Virus record (IMG/VR): IMGVR_UViG_3300046373_000115
Span: 1 to 55,290 of that record
DNA from: a virus
Lineage: Duplodnaviria; Caudoviricetes
Reading direction: 5' to 3' (one strand)
Length of the DNA stretch: 55,290 nucleotides
Shown: positions 35,248 through 44,349 of the stretch, piece after piece
Position numbering within the stretch: position 1 is the first letter of the stretch
Layout of the letters: the number at the start of each line of letters is the position of its first letter
Translations under genes and position numbers: made by a program
The notes under the pieces: generated by a model
The model's database searches: none
Told to the model about the DNA's origin: nothing
Seen by the model: only the letters and a program-made list of their open reading frames with translations

Positions 35248-35560
35248 CCGCCACCCCATCAGCAGGAGCGGGAGCGGCGGCAAGCATGGCGCGGTAGATC
35301 TTTACGCCCATAGCGGTCGTTCCGATCTTGACGTGATCAGTAGCCGAGTAGGCGTCCCAAGCCGCCATTCGCATATCGCCGTTGGGCTCAATCGGCACCA
35401 ACTTCCACCCTTCCACCTTCTCCCGCTCTTCGGCACGAGCGGCGTCGATCAACGTGTTCAGCGCGGCCCAATAGCCCTTTCGCGGAAACTGCGAAGCATC
35501 CTTCCAGACCGACTGGTAAAGTGCGAAATTCTCAGGGCTCAGCCCCTTGGCTTCGGTCAT
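35240..35560 (-). CDS. hypothetical protein
   Basis: GWKLVPIEP...IYRAMLAAAP module common in phage early genes. Confidence 0.6.
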   Translation of the reverse strand: MTEAKGLSPENFALYQSVWKDASQFPRKGYWAALNTLIDAARAEEREKVEGWKLVPIEPNGDMRMAAWDAYSATDHVKIGTTAMGVKIYRAMLAAAPAPADGVADV

Positions 35561-36069
35561 GCGGCACCTGATTTCGATGGGGTGGCTTCGCAGGGCGACG
35601 GGTTCAGGCCCTCGGGATCGCGAACCGCTTCCAGATGCTCCCAGAGCGTTTCGACCGACTGGCCACCGAACCAGATGACGTCGTCCTGGGTGATCAGCGA
35701 GCCTTGGGCTTCCAGAATGCCTGCTTCGAGATAGGCGACCCGCTCCCTTAGGATGGTCTCTCGCTCTTGGGAGGAGGAGAGGGCGGCTGCAATCGTGTCG
35801 AAAAGCTCGCGGGCTTCGTCAGCCTTCGCCACAGCCCCGACGACGTCCAAGCTGTCGCTGGACTCCAAGGCGATCCACCAGCCGACGCCTTGGACGTGCT
35901 CGCCAATGCCGTTTTCTTCCAGCGTCTGTTCGGCAAGCTCGCCCACGTAGAGCGCCTGACCGCCGCCGAGGCCAAGCGAGAGCCCTACATCAGGACCGGA
36001 ATCCTCGTCGCTGGAATGCCACGTCACGCGGCCAAGTGTGGTCTCGTCGTCTCGCACTTGATCAGACAT
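35557..36069 (-). CDS. hypothetical protein
   Basis: 170 aa acidic, GAAAGG RBS, coupled overlap. Confidence 0.6.
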   Translation of the reverse strand: MSDQVRDDETTLGRVTWHSSDEDSGPDVGLSLGLGGGQALYVGELAEQTLEENGIGEHVQGVGWWIALESSDSLDVVGAVAKADEARELFDTIAAALSSSQERETILRERVAYLEAGILEAQGSLITQDDVIWFGGQSVETLWEHLEAVRDPEGLNPSPCEATPSKSGAA

Positions 36070-36138
36070 GATCGGCCTTTCGGTCTTGGGAGGGCTGGCG
36101 CTCGGCGAGGTAGGCGTCGAGGTCCACGACGGCGCGAT

Positions 36139-37191
36139 TCATGCTGCGAGCCTTTCGGCATCGATCGCGGTCAGCAGGGCTCGACCGAGGATTTCGGGGA
36201 CTTGCGGGACGACCGCATTGCCGAGGCCATGCAGGCGGTCCACTCGAGCGGGAACCCCATGAGCCACTCGACCCACGTCGGGTTCAGAGAGCCACCAACC
36301 ACGGCCCCCAAGTCGGGGCCTTTGTTGCGCTCCACTTCCCGGGCCGCACCCTCCGGCGTTCGCAAGCCCTTGGTCCCATCCGTCGCCCGCGGCGTCGGGT
36401 AAAGCGCCACCATCTGCGCCAGCGGAACACCCTTGTCGTGCGGCCTCGGCGGTTGGTTGCCTCGTCGCCCCTCGACCGCGGTCGGTGTCGGTGTCGGCCA
36501 CATGCGCAGGGCCATCACATCCTCCAAGCGCGATCGGCCTTGCCCCTGGATGTTCTTCGGGTTGCGAAGCGGCGAACTCATCCCGCTCGCACTCCTCGGC
36601 GTTGGCCACAGCGGCGCGAGAAAGTTCCGCGGCGACCGCCCGCCTGAACGCATCGCCAAAGCCTTGGTGTTGCTCGCCTCTGGGGTAGGCAACAATCCAG
36701 ACTCGGTCGCGCCGGTGAGGGGCGCCAACGGCGAAAGCTGGTATGCAATCCCACCAGAGATCATACCCGAGCGCGGCCAAGGCCCCGAGAACCTCTCCAA
36801 GTCCTCGACCAAGGAGCGCTGCGACGTTTTCCAGAATGAGGTACTTGGGTCGCCGTCCTGCTGCGATAAGCTCGCGAACCAGTCGGACGATTTCCCAGAA
36901 GAGGCCCGAGCGAGCGCCGTCAAGCCCAGCCCCGGCACCCGCGTAACTGAGGTCTTGGCAGGGGAATCCTCCACAGATGACATCGACGGCAAGTCCATCT
37001 GAGGCCAGTCGCTCAGCGGTAAGGGTGGTGACGTCGTCATATTGTTTGACCTCGGGCCAATGGTGGGCGAGCAGATGTCGGCAGATCGGAGAGACTTCGC
37101 AGAAGGCGACTGTCACCAATCCAGCGGCCTCAAGGCCGAGGGTGAAGCCGCCGATCCCGCTAAAAAGGTCGATGACGCGAAGCTCGCTCAC
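36139..37191 (-). CDS. C5-cytosine DNA methyltransferase, alpha-like chain (motifs I-VIII and X)
   Basis: DLFSGIGG, GGFPCQDLS, ENV, HRRDRVWI, LGNAVVPQV; no motif IX in this frame. Confidence 0.92.
   Translation of the reverse strand: MSELRVIDLFSGIGGFTLGLEAAGLVTVAFCEVSPICRHLLAHHWPEVKQYDDVTTLTAERLASDGLAVDVICGGFPCQDLSYAGAGAGLDGARSGLFWEIVRLVRELIAAGRRPKYLILENVAALLGRGLGEVLGALAALGYDLWWDCIPAFAVGAPHRRDRVWIVAYPRGEQHQGFGDAFRRAVAAELSRAAVANAEECERDEFAASQPEEHPGARPIALGGCDGPAHVADTDTDRGRGATRQPTAEAARQGCSAGADGGALPDAAGDGWDQGLANAGGCGPGSGAQQRPRLGGRGWWLSEPDVGRVAHGVPARVDRLHGLGNAVVPQVPEILGRALLTAIDAERLAA
36171..37040 (-). CDS. nested +1-frame beta-like chain carrying motif IX and PTP repeats (start may be ATG 36998)
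   Basis: 289-aa open frame inside the MTase ending LNPTWVEWLMGFPLEWT; four [LM]xPTP modules. Confidence 0.75.
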   Translation of the reverse strand: MTTSPPLPLSDWPQMDLPSMSSVEDSPAKTSVTRVPGLGLTALARASSGKSSDWFASLSQQDGDPSTSFWKTSQRSLVEDLERFSGPWPRSGMISGGIAYQLSPLAPLTGATESGLLPTPEASNTKALAMRSGGRSPRNFLAPLWPTPRSASGMSSPLRNPKNIQGQGRSRLEDVMALRMWPTPTPTAVEGRRGNQPPRPHDKGVPLAQMVALYPTPRATDGTKGLRTPEGAAREVERNKGPDLGAVVGGSLNPTWVEWLMGFPLEWTACMASAMRSSRKSPKSSVEPC

Positions 37192-37736
37192 GCTGCCGCC
37201 TCCGCCCGATTGGCCTTAGCCGCGGCGACCCAGGCCATGACGACGTCCCGGCCGCTGTTTCCGGCCCTGAAGGCGTTGAACAGGTCGCGGCAGAAGTCGG
37301 CGACGTCGGTGCCCAAGCCCACGCGGGTGAAGAACTTCAGCTGGCCGCCGGTGTCGCAGCTGTTGGCGGCGAGGCGATGATGCCACGCGCACATAGCGAC
37401 ACATTTCTGGTCATGGGTGCGGTTGCCGAGCCCGGCCTTGGCCCAGCCCTTGCCGGCGATCGATATCTTGAGGTGGCACGCCTCGATCGTGGCGAACTCG
37501 ACCGGCCCCGGCCCTTCGATCAGGCAACCGATGCAGGGGATGTCGACGTGCAGCCACGACAGGAACTCCGCGTCCCGTTGGCGCGGGTCACGCTTCCCCG
37601 GCGCCGTGCTGGCGATCACCGCCTTGGTGCGCTCCTTGCGCTCGGCTCGGAGGGTTCGGTTGCGGGCTTGGTTCTCCCGGCGGGTCAGCTTCTTGCCCAG
37701 GTCGACGGCTTGGCGCTCTTCGTGGGTCAGGGTCAT
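37188..37736 (-). CDS. HNH-like (DUF968/Ref-type) nuclease
   Basis: FLSWL...PCIGC, EACH, D..CVAMCAWHH. Confidence 0.65.
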   Translation of the reverse strand: MTLTHEERQAVDLGKKLTRRENQARNRTLRAERKERTKAVIASTAPGKRDPRQRDAEFLSWLHVDIPCIGCLIEGPGPVEFATIEACHLKISIAGKGWAKAGLGNRTHDQKCVAMCAWHHRLAANSCDTGGQLKFFTRVGLGTDVADFCRDLFNAFRAGNSGRDVVMAWVAAAKANRAEAAA

Positions 37737-38377
37737 TCCTGCACCCGCTTGAACTCGACGACCCAGACGAAGGGGTTGGCGTTCCAGGCTCCCGGCCCGT
37801 TGATGGTGTCCCAGAGCAACTGATACATGCGGCGCTGCGAGATTTTCGCACCTTCGCCATAGCCGTAGACAGCGCCTTCCGCTTGCGCGTCCTGTTCGGA
37901 GCACTCATTCAAGCGCTCGACGCGGACGCCAGTGATCTCCAAGGCAATCCGCGACGCCCAGCGGGGCATGTGGATCGACGGCCACCAGCGCAGTTCGTTC
38001 TGGACCTCCGCGTCGTCCTCGGTGGCGCGGAAGACCAGATACTGACTATCCGGCTCATCGAAGTCGGCGGGCCGCGATTTCGGAATCGGGCCATGCTCGA
38101 ACTGGTAGTGGTTCATGCCCCAGGTCTCTCGGACCCAGAGGTGGTCGCCCGGCTTGCCATATGGGCACCGGATCGCCGGCAGATCGCCTTCTTCACCGTG
38201 GGTGAAATGGAAGGTCCCGGGGCCGCGAATGCCGAAATGCGCCTCGCCACGGATCATGTGCGCTTCGGCGTCGGGATGATCTGACGCGCGCTTCACCACG
38301 CGCCGGGTCTGCGTCTTTTCGCCGGACAAGATCGCGCGCACCATCGGCGCGCTGAAGAGGATCGGGCGCTCAGCCAT
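37733..38377 (-). CDS. ASCH/PUA-like domain protein
   Basis: RPILFSAPMVRAILSGEKTQTRR, PGD.LWVRETW, PSIHMPRWASRI, NPFVWVVEF. Confidence 0.85.
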   Translation of the reverse strand: MAERPILFSAPMVRAILSGEKTQTRRVVKRASDHPDAEAHMIRGEAHFGIRGPGTFHFTHGEEGDLPAIRCPYGKPGDHLWVRETWGMNHYQFEHGPIPKSRPADFDEPDSQYLVFRATEDDAEVQNELRWWPSIHMPRWASRIALEITGVRVERLNECSEQDAQAEGAVYGYGEGAKISQRRMYQLLWDTINGPGAWNANPFVWVVEFKRVQE

Positions 38378-39415
38378 CTACGCCGCCCCCTGATCGCGCT
38401 CGGCCTCTTCGAGGAAGTCGCAGCGGTCGCTGAACAGTTGCTCCAGCTCGGCCATCATCTCCGGTTCGGCGGCGTCTAGGGCCTCGCGCAGGCGGGCGTT
38501 AGCCTCGCGGACAGCGCGCAACTTGATCAGGTTTGGCGCAGCCTTCAGGCGGTCCTCGTACATCGAGGCGCGCTGGGCCAGGGTCAGTTCGGACGTGCTC
38601 GACGTGGCCGTCTGGCCCTGCGCCTGGGCTGGGGCGCCACCGCGCGCCCATTCAGCCAGCAGCCGGCCATGCTCTTCCGACAGCGGCGCGCCCTTGGCGA
38701 ACATCTGGCGGAACTGGCCCGGCAGTTTCATCGCCATGCGCTCGCCCTGCAGGTCGCTATCCCAGGTCGGCACGCCGTCGGAGCGCGGATAGAGCAGGGC
38801 GCTCATCGTCATCTCGTAGACGAACTCGGGGCCGGCGATCGGGGTGAAGCCCATGCCAGTCGGCTTCAGCTTGCCGTTCTGATCCTTGATCGGCTTGGTC
38901 TTCTCGCCTGCGCGGAAGCACATGATGCAGGACACGCCCATCTGGACAATCCCGTTCAGCAGGGTGCGGCGGGCGGCCTTGGGCTTCTGCCAGGCAAGCA
39001 TCGCCATGCGCTCACGCTTGCCGTAATCGTCGCCGGCCATGTTGGTCAGGATCTGGTCCTGCCAGTCGATCATCCCGCCCGGGCCTTCATGCTCGTGCGA
39101 CATGGAGTCGACGACGATGACGCCGGCTTTGGCTTCGGCGCACTGTCGGATGGCGTCCAGATAGTCGAGCGAGCCGAACGGAGCGCCGAAGTCGATGTGC
39201 TGGAACTTGAACTTGCCCGGGCCTTCGCCCGCGTAGTGCAGGGCGCGGCGGGCCTCGGTGTCGATGAAGAAGATTTCCCCGCCGGTCACCTGTTGGACGC
39301 CGGAGGCGAGGCGCAGGGCCGAATAGGTCTTGCCGGAGCCGGAGGGGCCAACCAGCCCGACGAGAACAGGAACCTGCTCACGGGCGGCCGGGCGGACTTG
39401 GAACGTGCGGGTCAA
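38378..39415 (-). CDS. AAA-family ATPase (Sak4-like recombination protein)
   Basis: GPSGSGKTYSAL, FIDTE, VVDSMSHE; adjacent to the exonuclease. Confidence 0.85.
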   Translation of the reverse strand: MTRTFQVRPAAREQVPVLVGLVGPSGSGKTYSALRLASGVQQVTGGEIFFIDTEARRALHYAGEGPGKFKFQHIDFGAPFGSLDYLDAIRQCAEAKAGVIVVDSMSHEHEGPGGMIDWQDQILTNMAGDDYGKRERMAMLAWQKPKAARRTLLNGIVQMGVSCIMCFRAGEKTKPIKDQNGKLKPTGMGFTPIAGPEFVYEMTMSALLYPRSDGVPTWDSDLQGERMAMKLPGQFRQMFAKGAPLSEEHGRLLAEWARGGAPAQAQGQTATSSTSELTLAQRASMYEDRLKAAPNLIKLRAVREANARLREALDAAEPEMMAELEQLFSDRCDFLEEAERDQGAA

Positions 39416-40383
39416 TGGTCAATCTCCACGGGATTGAGGGTGTCGTCGGTCATCGCGCGCTCTTCCCAGGTCGAGAGCTCCCAGGGCTTGGGCGAGGCGC
39501 TGTAGGCTTCGAGGGGGTAGGCGGGCCATTCGCCGCTCAGCAGCGCTCGGTCCCAGATGTTGCAGGCGGCTTCGACCTGTTCGTCGGCCAGGGAGCGGTT
39601 CGCTTCGTCGCATTCCACGAAGGCGATCGCGTGCGGCGCCTCGACCTCTTGGAACATGAACTCGAACTTGCGCCGGCCGACGCCGTCGGGGTCGAGGGCG
39701 TTGAAGCCCCGGCGATAGAACCCCTCTTGGAAGGGGTAGCCGTTCGAGTTGACGAACTGCGCGGCGACCGACGGCGGGCACGGGCGGCCCGAGGTCTTGT
39801 AGTCGACACCCCTGCGCATGTTCGGAGCGGTGGCGTCGACCAGGCCGCGCCGCCACATGCCGCGCTCCTGCCAGGTCAGCATCGCCTCCGGCACGAACTC
39901 GCCATCGAGCCGGTCCAGCAGGATCGGCCGCGCGATCTCCGCCATGCGCTGAGCGATCCGGTAGTGCTTGGACTTGAGCGGGATGCCGCCCGCGTCCAGC
40001 ACCAGTTTGCGCTTGGCCTTGGCGTCGTTGGTCGTGAACTTCTTGACCTTGATCTCGACGACGGGAGCGCCGGCGCCGAGAACCATGGCGTGAGCCGCCG
40101 AGCCGATCAGGAGATGCGCGGCGGGCGCCGGCTTGTCGTCGTCGTCCTCGTCGGCCTCGTCCAGCACCGGCTCGGCGAAGCGCGGGTGCGCGACCTGGGC
40201 GTGCCGAACCGACCGCTTCAGCGCGATCTTCGCGATATGCGAGGACAGCGAAGGCTCGGGGCAAGGGTCGGCGTGGTAGACCTGATCGGGGACGCCGAGA
40301 TAGAGGCCGGGCCCGTCGATCGAGCCGGTCCAGATTTTCGCCTGGAACGGCCGGCCGCCATTGAAGGTCGCGCGCGCGTTCAT
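39412..40383 (-). CDS. RecE/exonuclease VIII-like PD-(D/E)XK nuclease
   Basis: YHADPCPEPSLSS, GSAAH, RGLVD, DYKTS, Y..Q..FY. Confidence 0.88.
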   Translation of the reverse strand: MNARATFNGGRPFQAKIWTGSIDGPGLYLGVPDQVYHADPCPEPSLSSHIAKIALKRSVRHAQVAHPRFAEPVLDEADEDDDDKPAPAAHLLIGSAAHAMVLGAGAPVVEIKVKKFTTNDAKAKRKLVLDAGGIPLKSKHYRIAQRMAEIARPILLDRLDGEFVPEAMLTWQERGMWRRGLVDATAPNMRRGVDYKTSGRPCPPSVAAQFVNSNGYPFQEGFYRRGFNALDPDGVGRRKFEFMFQEVEAPHAIAFVECDEANRSLADEQVEAACNIWDRALLSGEWPAYPLEAYSASPKPWELSTWEERAMTDDTLNPVEIDH

Positions 40384-40386
40384 CGG

Positions 40387-41526
40387 CTAGAACCGGATCG
40401 TCACGGCCGGGATGGACCCGGCGGCGATGGCAAGGACGATGTCCTTGGCGGCCTTCTCGGAGACCTTGGCGGCTTCCATGATGGCCTCCTTCGCCGCGCC
40501 CATGATCTGGCCACGGTGCGCGCGGTCGGCTTCACGAGCGGCCTGAGCGTCGGCCTCGGCCTGTAGGTCGGCGAGGCGCTGAGCCTCGGCCCTGGCCGCG
40601 CGGTCGATCTCAGCCTGACGCGCGGCTTCGGCTTCCTCGGTGCGCCGGCGTTCGGCGGCAAGAGCTTCCGCGTGCTGGCGCTCCTGGGCTTGTCGGGCTT
40701 CCTCAGCCGCCCGCGCCGCCGCTTCAGTCGCGGCCCGTTCAGCAGCCGCCGCCGCGTCGGCGATCCGCTGGCGCTCGGCAGCTTCACGCTCCTCGGCCTC
40801 GCGCTCAGCCCGGGCGGCGGCTTCCTTGCGCTCCTGCTCGGCGCGTTCTTCGGCGGCCTTGGCTTCGGCAGCGATACGATCGGCCTCGGCCTGCCGCTGG
40901 CGCTCCTCCTCCGCCGCACGCAGCCGCGCAAGTTCGGCGCGCTCCTCCTCGGCGATGCGAAGACGTTCGGCGCCGGCCTCCAGCGACTGGATGGCGCTTT
41001 CGCGCAGGGTCTTGGCGAGGTCTTCGAATTCCTGGAAGCGCTCGGCCGTGATCTCGACGGCGCGGACCAGATCAAGGCGGCCGGCGACGGTCTCGCTGGT
41101 ATCGTCGTTCGTGACCAGGCCGTCGCGCTTCAGGCCGTCGATGACCCGCTGACACGCCGCGATGCGTTCATCCTCGGCAGCGCGCCACTCGACCAGCGGC
41201 TGCTTCACCTCGTCGCGAAGGGCGTCGAGCTTGTCGCGGATGATCTTGCCCTGCTCGTCGACCTTCTTGATCTGAGCGCGGGCGTCTTCGGTCAGGGTCT
41301 TGCGAGCGTCGTCGATGGCCGTCTTGGTCTTGGAGACCTTCATGGCCAGCGACGCGATGGCCTCGCGGCCCTTGTTCGTCGTCAGGTCGGGCACGTGCGA
41401 GCGAACCTCGCGGGCGACCTCGTCATAGAACTGGTCGAACTTGACCGGCTCCAGCAGCACCATGGCCGGGTTGGCTTCGACGAGGGGGATCAGGGAAGTC
41501 GGCGCGTTCATGGGCGCGGTCTCCAT
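40387..41526 (-). CDS. long E/A/R-rich coiled-coil phage protein
   Basis: VPDLTTNKGREAIASLA.KV.KTKT N-terminus; AEE/RQA-rich C-terminal half. Confidence 0.75.
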   Translation of the reverse strand: METAPMNAPTSLIPLVEANPAMVLLEPVKFDQFYDEVAREVRSHVPDLTTNKGREAIASLAMKVSKTKTAIDDARKTLTEDARAQIKKVDEQGKIIRDKLDALRDEVKQPLVEWRAAEDERIAACQRVIDGLKRDGLVTNDDTSETVAGRLDLVRAVEITAERFQEFEDLAKTLRESAIQSLEAGAERLRIAEEERAELARLRAAEEERQRQAEADRIAAEAKAAEERAEQERKEAAARAEREAEEREAAERQRIADAAAAAERAATEAAARAAEEARQAQERQHAEALAAERRRTEEAEAARQAEIDRAARAEAQRLADLQAEADAQAAREADRAHRGQIMGAAKEAIMEAAKVSEKAAKDIVLAIAAGSIPAVTIRF

Positions 41527-41535
41527 GGTTCGGGG

Positions 41536-41637
41536 TTACGAGGGATCGCGGCCGTGCATGCCTTCCCACCACGCCCAGAGGACGAAGGCGGCGAGGGCAG
41601 CGGGATAGGCGAGGAGGAGGGCGAGGGCGGGGTTCAC
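41536..41637 (-). CDS. small membrane peptide (33 aa)
   Basis: GTG start overlapping the upstream stop; hydrophobic. Confidence 0.4.
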   Translation of the reverse strand: MNPALALLLAYPAALAAFVLWAWWEGMHGRDPS

Positions 41638-41786
41638 GGCGTCACCGTCGCGACGGTGAGGAGGAAGGCGAACCAGGCGAGAAACAGCAGCTCGAACAGA
41701 GTCGGGCGGCGGCGGCCTTCGTTGATCATGATCCAGAGCGTTAGGGCTCCGAAGGCGACCAGGGCGATCCATGCGTGGATGAACAT
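41634..41786 (-). CDS. small 2-TM membrane protein (MFIHAWIALV..., start may be 41801)
   Basis: Two hydrophobic stretches; fills the gap between coupled genes. Confidence 0.5.
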   Translation of the reverse strand: MFIHAWIALVAFGALTLWIMINEGRRRPTLFELLFLAWFAFLLTVATVTP

Positions 41787-41797
41787 GTCGGCGCTGT

Positions 41798-41995
41798 TCA
41801 TGCCGACACCGGCGCAGCCTTCCGGCCCGCGATGTCGCAGCGCCGGATTTCGGACGCGCCGAGGTGGACGCGCAGCTGGCGAGCCGTGATGCCGTGCCAG
41901 TCGCTGCGGATCACCTTGCCGTCGGCGACGTAGAGGTAGTCGGCGTAGATCGGATAATCGTCATCGAGGACGGGTTCGTTCAGCTCGATCTTCAT
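41798..41995 (-). CDS. hypothetical protein
   Basis: 65 aa, coupled. Confidence 0.6.
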   Translation of the reverse strand: MKIELNEPVLDDDYPIYADYLYVADGKVIRSDWHGITARQLRVHLGASEIRRCDIAGRKAAPVSA

Positions 41996-42249
41996 GCAGC
42001 CGCTCCCGCCATCGCGAGCGAGATCGGTTGGCTGGTGACCGACGAAACCTTCGGCGGCGCGGGCTTGTAGGCCCGGCGACGCGTGGTCGTGACCGTGACC
42101 TCGAAGACTTCGACGCCGTCCTGGCTCTGACTGGCCTCCTTGGCCCGCGCCTTGGCGATGTCCCGGCAGGGGGTCGCGAGCAACAGCGTCCCCTTGCTGT
42201 TGACGACGTGGAAATCCACGGTTGCTCTCGATGAGAAGGAAGAGGCCAT
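41992..42249 (-). CDS. hypothetical protein
   Basis: 85 aa, GGAGG RBS. Confidence 0.6.
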   Translation of the reverse strand: MASSFSSRATVDFHVVNSKGTLLLATPCRDIAKARAKEASQSQDGVEVFEVTVTTTRRRAYKPAPPKVSSVTSQPISLAMAGAAA

Positions 42250-42462
42250 CTAAGCGGCCTCCGGCACGGGCTCGACCGTCACCTGGGCCACGACCTTGGT
42301 GTAGGCGTGCAGGACGATGAACTTCTTGCCGGGGTTCAGGCCAGCGAGGCGCGCCGCTTCGGCCTCGGCGATCTCGCGGGTGGCGTGGACCTTGCGCGGC
42401 TTGTGGCCGGTCTTTGTCCAGACCATGAAGAAGTCGCAGGACTCGTTGATCAGCACAGACAT
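42250..42462 (-). CDS. hypothetical protein
   Basis: FMVW...P.K.H.T...AEAEAARLA..NPG..F.VL motif. Confidence 0.65.
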   Translation of the reverse strand: MSVLINESCDFFMVWTKTGHKPRKVHATREIAEAEAARLAGLNPGKKFIVLHAYTKVVAQVTVEPVPEAA

Positions 42463-42464
42463 GT

Positions 42465-42791
42465 TCAGGCGCTCCTAGCGTTGAGGGTTGCGGTTGGGCC
42501 GCCCCTGGTTCCGCCGTCGATGCGGCGGTCCTTGGCGACCTTGAGAAATTCAGCGGTGGCGACGGTCAGCGGCGCGGCGTCACGGGCCTTGCGGGCGTCG
42601 TTGGCGTCCATGACGGCCTTGACCAGCTCCAAGCCCCACTCGACGTGGTTGCTCTCGCTGAGCCGCCAGCCGGAGCGCCGCGCGGACATGATCGCCTTGC
42701 GGTGGATCTCCTGGAACTCGCCGACCTCGCGATCGGTCAGGACCCGGTCATGGCGCAGGACGTCGCCGAAGCGGTGGCTGTAGAGGGCCAT
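42465..42791 (-). CDS. hypothetical protein (MALYSHRF...)
   Basis: TAATG-coupled. Confidence 0.55.
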   Translation of the reverse strand: MALYSHRFGDVLRHDRVLTDREVGEFQEIHRKAIMSARRSGWRLSESNHVEWGLELVKAVMDANDARKARDAAPLTVATAEFLKVAKDRRIDGGTRGGPTATLNARSA

Positions 42792-43015
42792 TACGCGGCC
42801 CTCGCCTGGGTCCGCGCCTCGGCGATGGCCTGGGCGGCTTGCTCCTTGGCCAGGGCGAACACCTTCTCGGCGTCGCTCCCGCTCGGGGCGTCCAGCGCGG
42901 CCACGCGGAGGCCGACGTGGGCGCGCATAGCGGCAAGCTCCGACAGCGGACGGCCCAGGAAGTGGACCACGCCGCTGTGGGCCTGGAAGAAGAGGGGCAT
43001 CAGGACCGGGCGCAT
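42791..43015 (-). CDS. hypothetical protein
   Basis: TGATG-coupled. Confidence 0.5.
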   Translation of the reverse strand: MRPVLMPLFFQAHSGVVHFLGRPLSELAAMRAHVGLRVAALDAPSGSDAEKVFALAKEQAAQAIAEARTQARAA

Positions 43016-43251
43016 CAGCGGGGCGCTCCAGCGAGGCCGCAAAACGCGCCCACATCGATCCATTCGCCGTTGCCGGTCAGATCAACGTCAGCCAACGTGC
43101 CGTTCGGCGCCTTGAACTTCTGACGGCCCGTCGTGCGCCAGGCCATGCAGGAGGACCCGACGCACCAGCGGGCCGGGTATGGCTTCTCGTTGAAGTGGCC
43201 CGCGCCCTCGGGGCCGCAGCATTGCAACAGGCGGGCTTCGTCCTCGGTCAT
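43015..43251 (-). CDS. Cys-rich hypothetical protein
   Basis: MTEDEA...CC...CVGSSCMAWR...FCGLAG motif. Confidence 0.65.
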   Translation of the reverse strand: MTEDEARLLQCCGPEGAGHFNEKPYPARWCVGSSCMAWRTTGRQKFKAPNGTLADVDLTGNGEWIDVGAFCGLAGAPR

Positions 43252-43538
43252 CAGGCGGCGACCTTCTGCTGGGCGCCCGCCAGTACCTCGGCGAGGTCGG
43301 CGGCGAGGTTGAGAAGGGTGACGGCCATGCCCCGCGAGATTTCAGCCTCGGCGGGCATGTCCTTGCGGTCGGAGAGGTCGGCGTCGCGCTCGTAGGCGGC
43401 GGCCTGACGCTCGACCCGGCGCTGCCAGTCGCGGGCCTCGGCGATCGTGTAGAGCACCGGATGAAGGTCATCCGTCACGACGAACCGGCCGCAGAACGAG
43501 AGCCGGAGCGGGTTCTGGCGGGGAGCGGGGGCGGTCAT
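43251..43538 (-). CDS. hypothetical protein
   Basis: 95 aa, coupled. Confidence 0.55.
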   Translation of the reverse strand: MTAPAPRQNPLRLSFCGRFVVTDDLHPVLYTIAEARDWQRRVERQAAAYERDADLSDRKDMPAEAEISRGMAVTLLNLAADLAEVLAGAQQKVAA

Positions 43539-43819
43539 GCCTGGGCTCCCGTAGCGAGAGCGATGGCGGAGCGGGCCTTGGCTTCAGCCCTGACAGCGCA
43601 CGTCCAGGCGCAGAGAACGGTCGTCTCGCGGATGGAGTCGGCGTTCGTCATCATCTTCAGGGCCGCTTGGCAGGACCGAAGCGCCTCCATGACGGCCGGC
43701 AATGCGGCGATCTCTCTCGCGTCCTCGATCGGCAGGTTGCCCGCCACGAGGTAGGGGCCGGCGACCTCGTACATCTCGGGGTCGTTGCGGTCGGGCTGGA
43801 CCTTGCGGGCGGCGCTCAT
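43535..43819 (-). CDS. hypothetical protein
   Basis: ATGA-coupled. Confidence 0.55.
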   Translation of the reverse strand: MSAARKVQPDRNDPEMYEVAGPYLVAGNLPIEDAREIAALPAVMEALRSCQAALKMMTNADSIRETTVLCAWTCAVRAEAKARSAIALATGAQA

Positions 43820-44160
43820 TCGGCGGCCCACTTCATGCCTTGAGCCGAAGCTTCGATCTCGCGCGCCTTGGCCGCTGCCTTGTTGGCGCGAGCCCGGCAG
43901 TCCAGCGCGAAGGCCAGTGTCCGTGCGCGGACGTCACCGTTCGTGGGGACGCCGTAGAACTGCCCGACGCCGGGGTTGTAGCTCTCAGCCTTGGCGACCC
44001 AGCGGCGGGTCTGCGCCAGGGCCTGGATGCTCGCCATGCCTTGGCGGCGCTGAACCGTGGCCAGCTTCCGCAGGCGTTGAGCCTGGGTCAGGACCGGCGC
44101 ACTGCCTTCAAGAGCCGCTAGCGCGGTCTCCAGGGCGGCGATCTTCGAGGGGGTGGACAT
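43816..44160 (-). CDS. first gene of the leftward early operon, hypothetical
   Basis: ATG 44160 just downstream of the PL/OL region. Confidence 0.55.
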   Translation of the reverse strand: MSTPSKIAALETALAALEGSAPVLTQAQRLRKLATVQRRQGMASIQALAQTRRWVAKAESYNPGVGQFYGVPTNGDVRARTLAFALDCRARANKAAAKAREIEASAQGMKWAAE

Positions 44161-44187
44161 GGGCGGTTCCCGTCTGTTGACGAGGAT

Positions 44188-44243
44188 CAATATGCCATAC
44201 CGGAATATTCCTACGCAAGAGGAAAAGTCCAACTAGGAATATT
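44188..44243 (-). promoter_or_regulatory. PL/OL: operators CAATATGCC (44188), GGAATATTCC (44202), GGAATATT (44236)
   Basis: Same motif as at OR; minus strand TTGCGT-N18-CATATT promoter-like. Confidence 0.75.
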
Positions 44244-44285
44244 TTTGATCGGGTGGCCGCTCATGTGGGTTACGATGTCCACACG

Positions 44286-44312
44286 AAAAAGGCCCACCGA
44301 TGGGGCGGGCCT
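44286..44312 (-). terminator. terminator of the cI operon
   Basis: Minus strand AGGCCCGC-loop-GTGGGCCT followed by TTTT. Confidence 0.7.
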
Positions 44313-44349
44313 GGGTGGAGGTCTGACGATGTCAGAGACGGTGGCGGCT

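Noticed and set aside
40387-41526. TolA-like envelope protein
   Set aside because: Similarity would come from low-complexity E/A/R coiled coil; no TM anchor; sits in the recombination module
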